Origin: Anthoceros angustus
Lineage: Eukaryota > Plantae > Anthocerotophyta
DNA: 64,000 bases
Assembly (NCBI GenBank): GCA_010909165.1
Contig: VJWM01000328.1
Location: 2,466-66,465 of the forward strand
Direction of reading: 5' to 3'
Positions 37,701 to 49,899 of this stretch are shown here, piece by piece (position 1 is the stretch's first letter; every line of letters begins with the position of its first letter). The notes under the pieces were generated by a model. It did not search any database. It was given only the letters and a program-made list of their open reading frames with translations, and was not told where the DNA came from. A program made the position numbers and the translations under genes.

Positions 37701-39390
37701 ATGCTCGCCGTCATTAGCCTCGCAGTCTCCTTCCAGTGAGCCATCTTCACCGTCTTGATCATCTTCGTCCTCCTCGGCGGGTAGGGCGCCATCACATAGT
37801 CCTCTGTGTCCTCACCGTCGTTCTCCATATCCTCGTCATGGGTCAAGCTAGCTTCCTTCAGCCTTGAAGAATCACAAAGTCTGTTGGCAGTCAAAACCCG
37901 GACGTCCGGTGCAGACGCATCGGCTCGGAGCGGAAGCCGGCGATCTTTGGATCATTTGCAATTGGTTGTATTGCGGACCTCGAGCGGATGCGGTGCTAGG
38001 ATGTTTCCCCACCATGGCATTGCGGGGATGCTTCCCTCGGATGCCGCTCGGTTGCATCGGTGAGGCTGGTTGCTTTCCTGCAGATGCCCTTGTGAAATGA
38101 TTCCCCATCTTGAAGATGCTTCCGGATGCTCTTTCTGTTGTTGCTTCTGGCGGATGCCTTCTTGGTGTGCTTTGGCGGATGCACCGCTTGGATGCTTTGA
38201 ATTCCGTCAAGTCGATGTGTCCGCTTTCACCGGCCGATGATCCACTACCACCCACTGCGGCGGGTGGGTTTACACCTGAATCCGAGTACCGGCACGCCTA
38301 ACGCCTTCTAAACATACTTGGTGCATTACCTTGTGGAAAACTCATGCCCATCATTTTTTAGCCCTGCGGCGATTCTTCACGGGCGCTTCCATGGCAAGCC
38401 ACGATGTCAAAATTCTTGATCACGGTGAGTAGACTCGGACGACATTGGGGTCGAGTTTGAGGGTTTGTCTTGATGTACACAAAAATGACATACCCTTGGT
38501 CATCCTTCTCCACAGTGCGTGAACAAAAGCAGCACCAAGACATGAGGGCTTTGAACGGCTTGTCCAGCACCCAAGGTAATGCAATACCAACCGTCTGCGG
38601 GGCGTTGTTGCCTGATCCAACTCGCCGAGATATATCGAAGGAGAGTTGTCCTGAAGCATCATTCCGATCATGTCGATGTCGCTTGCTTGTAAGGACTTTG
38701 GAAAGTTGCTCTAGTTGGGGGCGTTGTCGTGGGGCGCGGGTTCACGGTGTCGGGTATGCATCTTGATGCCTTGGATCGGTGGTCACGGTCTCCATGGGGC
38801 CCTAGAATCAAAGGCTGCCGCTGGTCCGTTTTCTCCCCGCTAGCGCTCCATCGGGTTTGGCGCCTTTGCTCGCTTCTGTTTGAGGGCCCATCTGCCAAAC
38901 AACCCATTGTAGCAAGGAGATCATTGGACATATTAGCAAGTATAACATGAGGGAAGCACATAATTGGCAAGCATTAAGGATTGTCAAAAACGGCGGCGCA
39001 CATCAGCGGGACCGGTATGTTCTTCGTGAAACACGGATGGCCTGTGAGGTTGGAGCGGTGTTGACCTTCAATGAAACCACGCAGAATTGAAAGACACTCC
39101 GATTCCGCGGTCGAATCGAGGGATAAGAGACAAATCATCGCTTTGTCCCTCGCTCAATATATCCACCATCTCGGCTCGAGTTGGCGCCAAAATCGGTCTT
39201 CCAGCGGTGGAGGAAGGTAGTATGACTATGTGGGGTCACGATGTGCAAGAGCGACTCACGGCATCGTCGGTGACATTCGCAATTCCACTCCATGGGAAAT
39301 CATCCAATGCACGATCGTCGCCAAGTTTAGCCTTCATTCGCGCTCCAAAGGCACATCGCAAAACAAGTAGTAAAGCATATTTATGAGAAT
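34750..39390 (-). pseudogene. Element A cargo gene: acidic N-terminus, ParB-like domain and beta-class N4C/N6A DNA methyltransferase-like domain (frameshifted)
   Basis: VRKLDLAWVEALMQKM and GNHS (~37100-37280); motif IV-like LDLP (35991-36005); YQ(K)PIRLLRKLIE-AYTMEGEWILDGCA-YGS (35500-35600), read across single-base frameshifts. Boundaries approximate. Confidence 0.75.
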
Positions 39391-41250
39391 ATTCCATGTT
39401 TTGCCATCTCCGGCTCCTCCCTCGCCGCCTTTGATGCATTCCCCAGGCGGCGGCTGCACACCCTCCTGCGATCCGGGACAAGCCACGAAGACCGGTGAGC
39501 AATCATGCGATGGGGGCAGGACCTCGAGGTCATGCTCATCGTCATTAGCCTCGCAGTCTCCTTCCCGCCATCTTCACCGTCTTGATCATCTTCGTCCTCC
39601 TCGGGTAGGGCGCCATCCATAGTCCTGTGTCCTCATGTTCTCCATATCCTCGTCATACCGGTCAAGCTAGCCCTTGAAGAATCACAAAGTCTGTTGGCAG
39701 TCAAAACCCGGACGTCGGTGCACACGATCGGCTCGGGGCAGCGGAAACCGGCATGTCTCTGGATCATTTGCAATTGGTTGTATTGCGGACCTCGAGCGGA
39801 TGCGGTGCTAGGATGTTTCCCCACCATGGCATTGCAGGATGCTTCCCTCCAGATGCACTGCTCGGTTGCATCCCAAGCTGGGTTGCTTTCCTGTAGATGC
39901 CCTTGTGAAATGATTTCCGCCATCTTCAAGATGCTTCCCGGCTGATCACGATGCTGTTGTTGCTTCTGGCGGATGCTGCTGGTGTTAGGCGGATGCACCG
40001 CTTGGATGCTTTGAATTCCGTCAAGTCGATGTGCCGTCTATCGCCTTTCGGCCGATGATCCACTACCACCCACTGCGGCGACGGGTGGGTTTACACCTGA
40101 ATCCGAGTACCCGGCACGCCTAACGCCTTCTAAACATACTTGGTGCATTACCTTGTGGAAAACTCATGCCCATCATTTTTCGCAAGCCTGCGGCGATTCT
40201 TCACGCTTTCCGTGGCAAGCCGATGTCAAAATTCTTGATCACGGTGAGTAGACTCGGACGACATTGGGGTCGAGTTTGAGCTGGTTTGTCTTGATGTACA
40301 CAAAAATGACATACCCTTGGTCATCCTTCTCCAATTGCGTGAACAAAAGCACCAAGACATGAGGGCTTTGAACGGCTTGTCCAGCACCCAAGATGCAATA
40401 CCAACCGTCTGCGGGGCGTTGTTGCCTGATCCAACTCCGCCGGATATATCGAAAGGAGAGTTGTCACAGCATCATTCCGATCATGTCGATGTCGCTTGCT
40501 TGTAAGGACTTTGGAAAGTTGCTCTAGTTGGGGACGTTGTCGTGGGGCGCGGGTTCACGGTGTCGGGTATGCATCTTGATGCCTTCGGATCGGTGGTCAC
40601 GTCTCCATGGGGCCCTGCGAATCAAAGGCACCGCTGGTCCGTTTTCTCCCCGCTAGCGCTCCATCGGGTTTGGCGCCTTTGCTCCGCTTCCTGTTTTGAG
40701 GGCCCATCTGTGCCAAACAACCCATTGTAGCAAGGAGATCATTGGACATATTAGCAAGTATAACATGAGGGAAGCACATAATTGACTGCAAGCATTAAGG
40801 ATTGTCGAAACAGTGCGGCGCACATCAACAACCGGGACCCTGGTATGTTCTTCGTGAAACACCGGATGGCCTGTGAGGTTGGAGCAGTGTTGACCTTCAA
40901 TGAAACCACGCAGCGAATTCGAAAGACACTCCGATTCCGGATATCGAGGGATAAGAGACAAATCATCGCTTTGTCCCTCTGCTCAATATATCCACCATCT
41001 CAGCTCAGGTTGGCGCCAAAATCGGTCTTCCCGCGCAGTGGAGGAAGGTAGTATGACTATGTGGGGTCACGATGTGCAAGAGTCAACTCCTGGCATCGTC
41101 AGCAGCAATTACTGCAATTCCACTCCCTGCATGGGAAATCATCCAATGCCTGATCGTCGCCAAGTTTAGCCTTCATTCGCCGCTCCAAAGGCACATCTGG
41201 CAAAACAAGTAGTAAAGCATATTTATGAGAATATTCCATGTTTTGCCATC
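37568..41250. repeat. Tandem duplication of ~1.84 kb
   Basis: Copies start at TTTGCCATC (37568 and 39400); the same 9-mer at 41242 closes copy 2. Confidence 0.93.
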
Positions 41251-41412
41251 GGCTAAACATGTTTCGCCTTTTGCATAACCTCTGGCTCCTCGATCCTTGC
41301 AATCTGTTAAGGCAATTAACGAGACTTGACGCCGGATCAGAGCATTGACATCCGCGTCAAGCTGTCATAATTGATTACGGAGGCGGGCCACGAGGCTGGA
41401 TACAAGTTGAAC

Positions 41413-44400
41413 ATGTCTAGCTACGCGTCTTCACCTTTCGAGCACATTGTGAGCAGCACTTTCTTCTACTCTTTGGTAGCGCAATGGCGGTGACCTCGGT
41501 AGCGGAGGAAGAGTTCTTTGATTTGGTGAGCAGCGGACTAGTGGCTGGCGATGAAGATCTCGGGCATGTGTCCGAGTCGACATCGTGGACTTGGCGGCGC
41601 GCTTGATGTGGACAACCAAGGGAACCGCGGGACGTCCGGTGAATGTCCTGTGTCAGAAGAACGCTGGGCACACATCGGACTTGGATGACACCGCCTGCGG
41701 TGGTATAGCGACAGTCATAGCGATGGAGACTTGTTTTGTTCGATCCTGGTGGAACGAGCAGCGGCCGATCGGCAAGAAATTGCAGACCATGTGGATCGGT
41801 GGCTCGTGCCGCCGTGAACAGGCGGCGCCTCGATATCCCTCCCGATATCCGCAATCTTGGCCGCCTCGGCGACTGCGCCGGTACCATTACCCACAGCTTG
41901 TTCAAGTCGGGTGCGAAGAAGTTGGCGAGGATGTTTTGCCCAGATCCAAATCCGGGCCAAGCGGGTGTGTCACCGGCAGCGAGAGAGACAAGGTGGCGCC
42001 TACAGCGGATCCAGTGTGGGTCGCGAGTATTTTCAGCGTTGTGTTTCACCGCAGCCCTGGCCAAAGACGGAATCGGAAGCAGTGTTCTTTGAGTCGCCGG
42101 TTGTGGTGAGAAGGTCCATGGCATTGTTGATTTTGGTTTGGAGTTTGCGGGAGTGGGTGAAGGAGGTTACGGGAGTGGAAGGCGGGGAGACCAAATGTGG
42201 TACGAGATCCGATTGCACCTTTGTTTGGAGAGGAGGCGAGCAGGCCTCTGGCGGTGCAATCTTGCTCCTGCTAATCCCAAGTCGAGGGGTTGGAGTTGCG
42301 TCTATGGATGGGGTTATGTGTTCCACCAAGAACCATCTTGCAAGGAATAAGGTGGACAATGTTTTGGCGAAACCTGTAGTCGGCGAGCTATGTGCAGAAC
42401 TGAGGAGGCGTCTTGTGGGAGAAAGTGCATAGGAAAGTTGGGACATGGCGGGCTAAAGCTTTGTCGGCGTGTCGATGAGTAAGGGGAGCAGCATTTGCGG
42501 GACAGATTGATGTGATCGAAGATGTGGCGGTGTCGTGGCCGGATGGTTGAACAAGCTACCACACGGAAAGGTTTCGGTGTGTGTGAGGGCATTTTGCCGT
42601 GTGTTTTGCATTGGGGCACTCGGTATCAGATATGACCGTCTGAAGGGACGAGGTTTGCCAGTGAGCCTGGCGGAAAAATACCTACCGTATGGTCTACAGT
42701 GTAATGTGGATGGATTTGTTTTCAAAGGAAATGTGGAAAGGCTACCCAATAGGGAAGTCTTTAACCACTGATACATTCACGAAGGAGGAGATTTATATTG
42801 AGTATGCTAGACAACGAGGCAAGAGCGATTACCGCACATGTATGTTACGACTATTTACGCAAGTTGTGGATCGGCGGTGGCTCGTGCCGCCGTGAAGAGA
42901 GGCGGCGCTCGATATCCCTCCCGATATCCGCAATCTTGGCCGCCTCGGCACTGCGCCGGTACCATTACCGGCTTGTTCAAGTCACGGTGCGAAGAAGTTG
43001 GCGAGGATGTTTTGCCCGGATCCAAATCCGGGCCAAGCGGGTGTGTCTGGCGCGCGAGAGGAGACAAGGTGGCGCCTACAGCGGATCCAGTGTGGGTCGC
43101 AGGAGTATTTTCAAGCGTTGTGTTTCACCGCAGCCCTGGCAGAATACGGAATCGGAAGCAGTGTTCTTTGAGTCGGTGGTGAGAAGGTCCATGGCATTGT
43201 TGATTTTGGTTTGGAGTTTGCGGGAGTGGGTGAAGGAGGTTACGGGAGTGGAAGGCGGGGAGACCAAATGTGGTACGAGATCCGATTGCACTGTTTGGAG
43301 AGGAGGCGAGCAGGCCTCCTGGCGTGCAATCCTCCCTGCTAATCCCAAGTCGAGGGGTTGGAGTTGCGTCTATGGATGGGGTTATGTGTTCCACCAAGAA
43401 CCATGCAAGGAATAAGGTGGACAATGTTTTGGCGGCGTAGTCGGCGAGCTATGTGCGGACTGAGGAGGCGGTCTTTGGGAGAAAGTGCATAGGAAAGTTG
43501 GGACATGGCGGGCTAAAGCTTTGTCGGCGTGTCGATGAGTAAGGGGCAAACATTGCGGGACAGATTGATGTGATCGATGACGACGGTGTCGTGGCCGGAT
43601 GGTTGAACAAGCTACCACACGGAAAGGTTTCGGTGTGTGTGAGGGCATTTTGCCGTGTTTTGCATTGGGGCACTCCGGTATCGGAATGCTCGGACAGTCT
43701 GAGAAGGGACGAGGTTTGCCCAGCCAGCCGGAAAAATACCTACCGTATGGTCTGTGTAATGTGGATGGATTTGTTTTCAAAGGAAATGTGGAAAGGCTAC
43801 CCAATAGGGAAGTCTTTAACCTGCCTGATACATTCACGAAGGAGGAGATTTATATTGAGTATGCTAGACAACAGGCAAGAGCGATTACCGCACATGTATG
43901 TTACTATTTCTGCAAGTTGTGGATACGGCACTTCAGGTCTGTTAAAATACCAAGATCCAACCGCTTCTCCGTCTGTGCTATCTGTGAGAAGTTAAAAGCT
44001 AAAATAAAAAACGCCGGGAACGACAGAGAGCAAGGTACAACCGAGAATCCCTCTACCTTATCACTGTAAGCACCGGATGTCCGGTGATTGGATGGTGTCT
44101 TGGTAGAGTGTCGGGCGCAAACCCTATGGCCTTAGGAGACTTAGGGTTTGGCACGTGATGACTTTGGGCCAGGTGCAGAACACTTGCGTTGTTGCGTGCG
44201 TGTCTTGATGGTGGCCTTGTATGTGCGAGATAGAAAGCAGAGAACTCCTCAATTATCACGGGATCAACAACGGATGGAGCGGAGGAAAATGGCGCATCGC
44301 GGAAGTGTATGGCTCAACCGACCAAGTACATAGGGATTGCGATAGATGGTATGGACCAGAAAAAAGCGAGTTGCCTCATTTCCGTAGAGTGCCCAAAGAT

Positions 44401-45095
44401 GTGGATAGTCTGCCCTAATCTCTACATCCATGTGGTTGGGGTTTTGGTGTTCAACAAATTCATGCGCACTTATGTGTACCGAGCTACCCCAATATTGAAT
44501 GATCCTAAGCACAATTCGTAATCCAGCATGTGATTAATTTGTGGGAGGGCAATTGCAAACTCTTTACTGCAGATGGACAATACGGTCGAACAAGAACCAG
44601 GAGGTGTTGGCGTATTGCGATGTTGGTGTCCATTGGTATTTTTAAGAAGGTTAAAGTGGGGTTTCTCATTGTTGGCCATACCCATGATCGATTGATCAAA
44701 TGTTTTCCGTTTTACATTGTCTTGAACTTGAAAGAGGCATACACATTGCGGAGTTGATTGCTTGCTTGGAGAGGGCTTATACTCCTCGCGAAGGTCCATC
44801 TCATGAAGGAGGTGCGATTTTAAGCAATATTTATAAGCCGGAGGTTCTACCTTGTCTGATCTACACAACAGTTTTCAACATCAATTTAAGGTCACTCGGG
44901 AGGAGTTGCCTAGTCATGAGTTTGTGGCGGTCTTTGAGGTGCAAGCAATTTTCCACGGCACTGGACCCGGATGGTGGTGTTCAGGGATGGAGTGCGGAGA
45001 GGAGATTGTTGCGGCTCCACTGAGCCTGCATGGAGGGCTTAAGGGCAAGGAGCAAAAGGAGCATCCACATGTATGTCCTGACAGGGCCTGTCAGG
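41413..45095 (+). pseudogene. Element A DDE transposase (Sola-like/DUF7869-type), 5' part
   Basis: ERLPNREVFN-LPDTFTKEEIY, VKIPRSNRFSVCAICE, IAIDGMDQKK, VGFLIVGHTHD, HQFKVT; probable intron ~44066-44178; start approximate. Confidence 0.8.
41790..43922. repeat. Tandem duplication of ~1.07 kb within the element A transposase
   Basis: Copies start at TGTGGAT (~41790 and ~42866); the motif recurs at ~43918. Confidence 0.9.
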
Positions 45096-45960
45096 ATAAT
45101 ATTTGAAGCGGCTCAATATACAAGAAGGGGCTTATGGGGTACATATACTGTGAAGGGGCTTCTCGATGGGCAACGAAATGGGGTTTTGCCCGTTATGGTA
45201 ATGCCAATGTTTGGAAAAATAGGGTCTAAGATACAGCCCTAAGCGTATACAGATGTGTTCTATTGGTCATTGATGGTCGTTGACTTCCATGGTCACGTAG
45301 TTTTAAATAATACCCATAATGTCGCCATTTGTGCGGGTGATGGAAGGTGAAATATGGATAAGTTTAGGGTATGAGATTTGAAACATGGGAAGAGCCTCCC
45401 GTGATTGAATACCATCCTTGAGTGTTTGTCATGGCTCTACTTCATTGAGCTTTATTATGTCAAGATGTGTGGGGAAGCTCGCGAAGGCGCGGGGTAAGGC
45501 ATGCCGCGCCAACTCTTAGTGGTCTAGCTACAAGCGTTTGAATCAATGACAATGCCGCCGATAACTAAACAGCAGGTTTGGTTTAAACCCTTCACGCAAA
45601 CTACGGCAAGAGATTTGCATTCATGCGGATGGAGAATTCAAATGTGTAATATAAAGATAGCTTATGTCCGAAGATAATAATGGGCGCGGCATGCCGCCCA
45701 TTGCCTATGCCACGATGATCGATATGACCTTCACGGACAATACCCCAATATGCCCACTATGTAAGAATCGTTACATGGGCATACGCTAAAATGAAATGCA
45801 AGTCCGGCATTGGAGTTCTGACACGACTGGTTGATCACTCTTCTCAGTCTAGACCTTCTCCATTTACCTCCTTCTCCTCGTTACAATCGTCATCGCTTTC
45901 ATCTTGGACATCGAGTGCATGGTTGCGAGATGGGGACGAAGGGCACTCGACTTCTCCTAA

Positions 45961-48900
45961 TTACTTTCTTATCGATGCATATAGATGTTTCCTTGAGTTC
46001 AACTTGAACCCATAATAGACAATAACCGTTTTGCGAACGAAGATTGTCTGGATGTTTGGAGGTCTTGAGTTTTTTCCCCCTTTTCCTTTCGATGTTGGTG
46101 CTTCGTCGCCATTCGTTCTACAGACGTATTCTCCAACATACTTGCCCTCGTAAGCATCTGTGTGCTCTGTTCTCCACCAATGCACACGTAAGAAAGGGTC
46201 TGCAGAGTTCAGGTGCACACTTAAAACCTTTGCAACCCAAAATGCTCATTATGAGTGTCTCCCTCGCAAGGAGTGACAATGAACATGCCTTTCAATCTCC
46301 ATGACATCCCCATTCATCCTTGCCACCTCCTCTTGCTGTAAGCTCCGGTGAGCTCCCAAATACATATCTCTGTGGTACTTCTCGAGTAATGCTTCGTCAA
46401 GAATAGCCTCGTCGCGACGTGCGGTGAGGACACAAGTACCTCACAAGTCCCGCCATACCATTTCCATTCGTTCGCAAGACTAGTCCAATGTTGTTGTCCA
46501 CAATAGTTGCGATCTCACTCGATCCTTCCGAATTCAATCCACCACTCCTCTTCATCCGCATTCAAATATGTTGGCAGCTTGAGCAAGCCCTTCCGTAGGT
46601 GGTCTACGCCGCATGCTGTGAGCCCACCTTCACTCCCTTTTGTCTTTTGCACGAAGGGCCATCAATGGTGCAGTCCAATAACCGGCCGAATCGCCGTTAA
46701 GAACTCCAAGCCATCTTGGTTTCCCACCGTGGAGAAGTAGAATCGCTTACAGATGATCAGAACTTCCGCCCTAACTGCTCTTCCTTGTAATTTTGAATTG
46801 ATCTTTGGAGCGAGGTTGTTCAAGCTTAACTGACTTTAAATTGGTGCCCCGGCTCCTTTCGCAAGCCGCCACATATGTTGAAGTCCGCACTTCTGATAAC
46901 CTTGACTGGGTTTGGTGTGTATGCCGTTCTCAATATATCCTCCATAGCCGGAGAGTACGAGCCTCCTTGTGCTTCGGATGCTTTGAAAAACATGAAAACA
47001 TCCGATCCACCGTCATGCTCCGACGAAGAAGCCCACCTTAACCTTTTGAAAATCGCAACTCTACTAGCATATTCGTAGGCAAATAGCAATTGATTCTTAT
47101 TCTCCGCACGTGTTGTCAAGCGCAAATACAACAACGATGGAAGAAGCCCTCGTAAGTGTGTATGACATCCCGTATGATCGAAATCGTCGGTTGCGTCATT
47201 GTGATTCGCATAGTGGAGATAAGCTCGCCTTGTGAGTATAATTATGGATCATACAACCCACAACATGAACCGTGATCTTGTTGTCCTCCTTCAAGTCTTT
47301 AGGCCACCGTAATATGCGGAGCGATGTTTTCTCGTCCATGCCATCAATTGATAATAATATGTATTTATGCTCACTATACCCTTTTGACCGATGCTTGACA
47401 TTTTCTTCCTTTCGTTCATAAGACGGACTCGATGGGAGTCCACTTGGTAAACATGCCCAACCACGGTAAGATCGATTAGAGCCAAGCTTGTCGTGTACAA
47501 GACGAACAAATCTACACCATCAATGACAACCATGAGATTAACATCAGATGCTAGAAAGCCGGGCCACGCAGCCGGCACAAGACGCTCAGAATCAGGGCCC
47601 ATTTCACGCGCTAAATATGGAGGCCACTCCTGTGCATAAACCACTTGTCGCTGACGATCTGAGAGGAATACCGCTGAGAAACATGGAGAGGCGGCCCAGG
47701 GAGAATGAATATTCCGTGATGCGCCCGGCCACCCTTTGGTAGGCAAGGCATGGGCTCATGGGTGGCGCGGCATGCCGCGCCCACCCGCCTGATGGAAGGG
47801 GCGCCGGCATGCCGGCGCCATGCTCTGATGGAAGGAGGCCGGCATGCCGGCGCCATGCCTGATGGAAGGAGGCCGCCGGCATGCCGGCGCCATGCGCCCA
47901 GAGGCGCGCCGCCGCCAGTGCGCTTGAGCCCAGAGCGCGGGCCACATTTCGTCACAGAATATGTGGCCATGCGCTGCGGTGTCGCGGGCGGGTGTGCGGG
48001 CGCCGGCATGCCGCCTGCATACATTGCACTATATTATGTACATGGCTTCCTTCTTGCCACCAAAGATCACACAAGCACATCCTACATTACCGAAAGATTG
48101 ATTGGGAGACATGAACATGGACCGACGTTTTGCTCGATTGCTTGTGTGTCGAATGTTATACTTGATCCAGTATAAGGAACATGTCGAGAACTTTGACTTG
48201 GGAATTTTCACGCGGAAAATTGCTCCCATAACGAGGAAGTACGCATGATATGTACCGCAAGCTGTTTTGTCCATCCCTGCTTGTATTGTGACCAAACTTC
48301 ATGCTTGGTAAAAGTATCGAGCAAGTTATAGACTTCAACATTCGCAACCTCTCGAGATGCAAGAAAGTCGCGTCCATCCACTCAATCGCACCAAGGCGTG
48401 CGTGGATTTTTGACATGGGTTTGGCTTGTTCTCCCCAAGGAGCATTACTCAGACTCGGTCTTCAATTCTTCATACCGCGGACTAATGCAATACATGCGTC
48501 AAGGCTTTCAAACAACATCTTAGTGGTGCGGTGCATGAGAAATGTCTGCACCTTCCCTTTGCACTAGCTTCTTTGTGCGGGCGAACAAGTGCCTCCAAGA
48601 ACCTCTGTTCTCCTCTTCCCGGATCCAAGAATCGACGCTCTTCTTGAAAGCGATTCTTTTGGCATAGGGAGGCATAGCCTCGTGCGGCATGGTTTCCGGA
48701 ATCTTCCAAGATGACATTCACTCTTCCTCGGACACCACCGCTCTCCGCTTTTGCAACATACTTGCCGAGGGGCACTGCTTGCATTGTCTCCGATGCGGCT
48801 TTGGGTGAAACGTTGGTCTTGTACATGTTCCAAATCCTTCTCCTTCATTGTTATCCATTGTACCCGCTATTTCCCGTGATGAGATAAGAGGCTGAAATTC

Positions 48901-49700
48901 CTCGTCATCACCTCTGTCTTCACACTGAACGCCACATCTTCCGGCATTCCCCTGTGCGCGCGGTGAGCCGACTATTGCCGAAGCAGAAGCACCCCCTTCA
49001 TCCTGACCATGATCGGTGAACAAGCCCCGTGCCGCGCGAGTTCTGCTTTCCAGCTGCCTCTTGCAGCCTCCTGGTCGACCCCGCGGACTTTTCTCCAATG
49101 CGCGAAAGAGGTTCACGTTTCTGAGTTCTTGGCACATAGCGGGCATCCGTTGATCTCCACCCGGACTGCGAGAGAAGCGGATGATCGGCCGGCAAGCCTT
49201 ATGATTAAGAAAGTAATGTCCTACCCGATCCCACCATCGTAAACATAACACCCAAGCACAAGACTACAAGACAAAGTCGCAGTCAAATAACACTCACTCA
49301 AAGGCAATGGCAGATGCAGTGGCAGGCATGTTGACATTGCATTCATTGGGTTCATCGGCGCTAGTCTTGCATGTTTGGCTTCTCTGCTTCTCATGTCCAT
49401 CGACCTAAGGAATTGAGGCTTAAACCTCGCAAATCGCATCTTCGGATCCCCGCGAAATGGAATTGGTGAGGAAGACTTAAGGAAGTAAGGATAGTCCAGA
49501 CGCGCCACAAACAGCAGTGCAAACACCTCCGCTTCATCGGTCTTTTGTGTCGCGGTGAGCATCTTCTCGGTCCCTTCAAAAGCACAAGAAGAGCACACAA
49601 CTAGTTCTATAGAATGGTGAAGATAGCAAACCACTATAAGGGCATGTCCAGCTTTGTCCACGCCACTCGTTTGACGCGCATAGGCCACCATGCACGGAGA
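45961..49700 (-). pseudogene. Element B DDE transposase (same family as element A)
   Basis: DTFTKHEVW, VKIPKSKFSTC, SIDGMDEK, ENKNQLLFAY, HQFKVS, EEEWW, WRTEHTDAYEGKY; start approximate. Confidence 0.8.
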
Positions 49701-49899
49701 ATGGCGGCGGTGCCTTAACTACATATTCATTGGCGTTCACCATCCTTTGTGCTACGCAAACGCAGTCATAATCTCATTACACCTAGGGTTTGCAGGAGCC
49801 GCTATTGCTATTTTTAAATATCGAATGTTACCAAGAACGCGGATTTGGCGCATTTCCACTAGATATGCCATGATGCGGGACCTAATTAGGGTGCCACGC

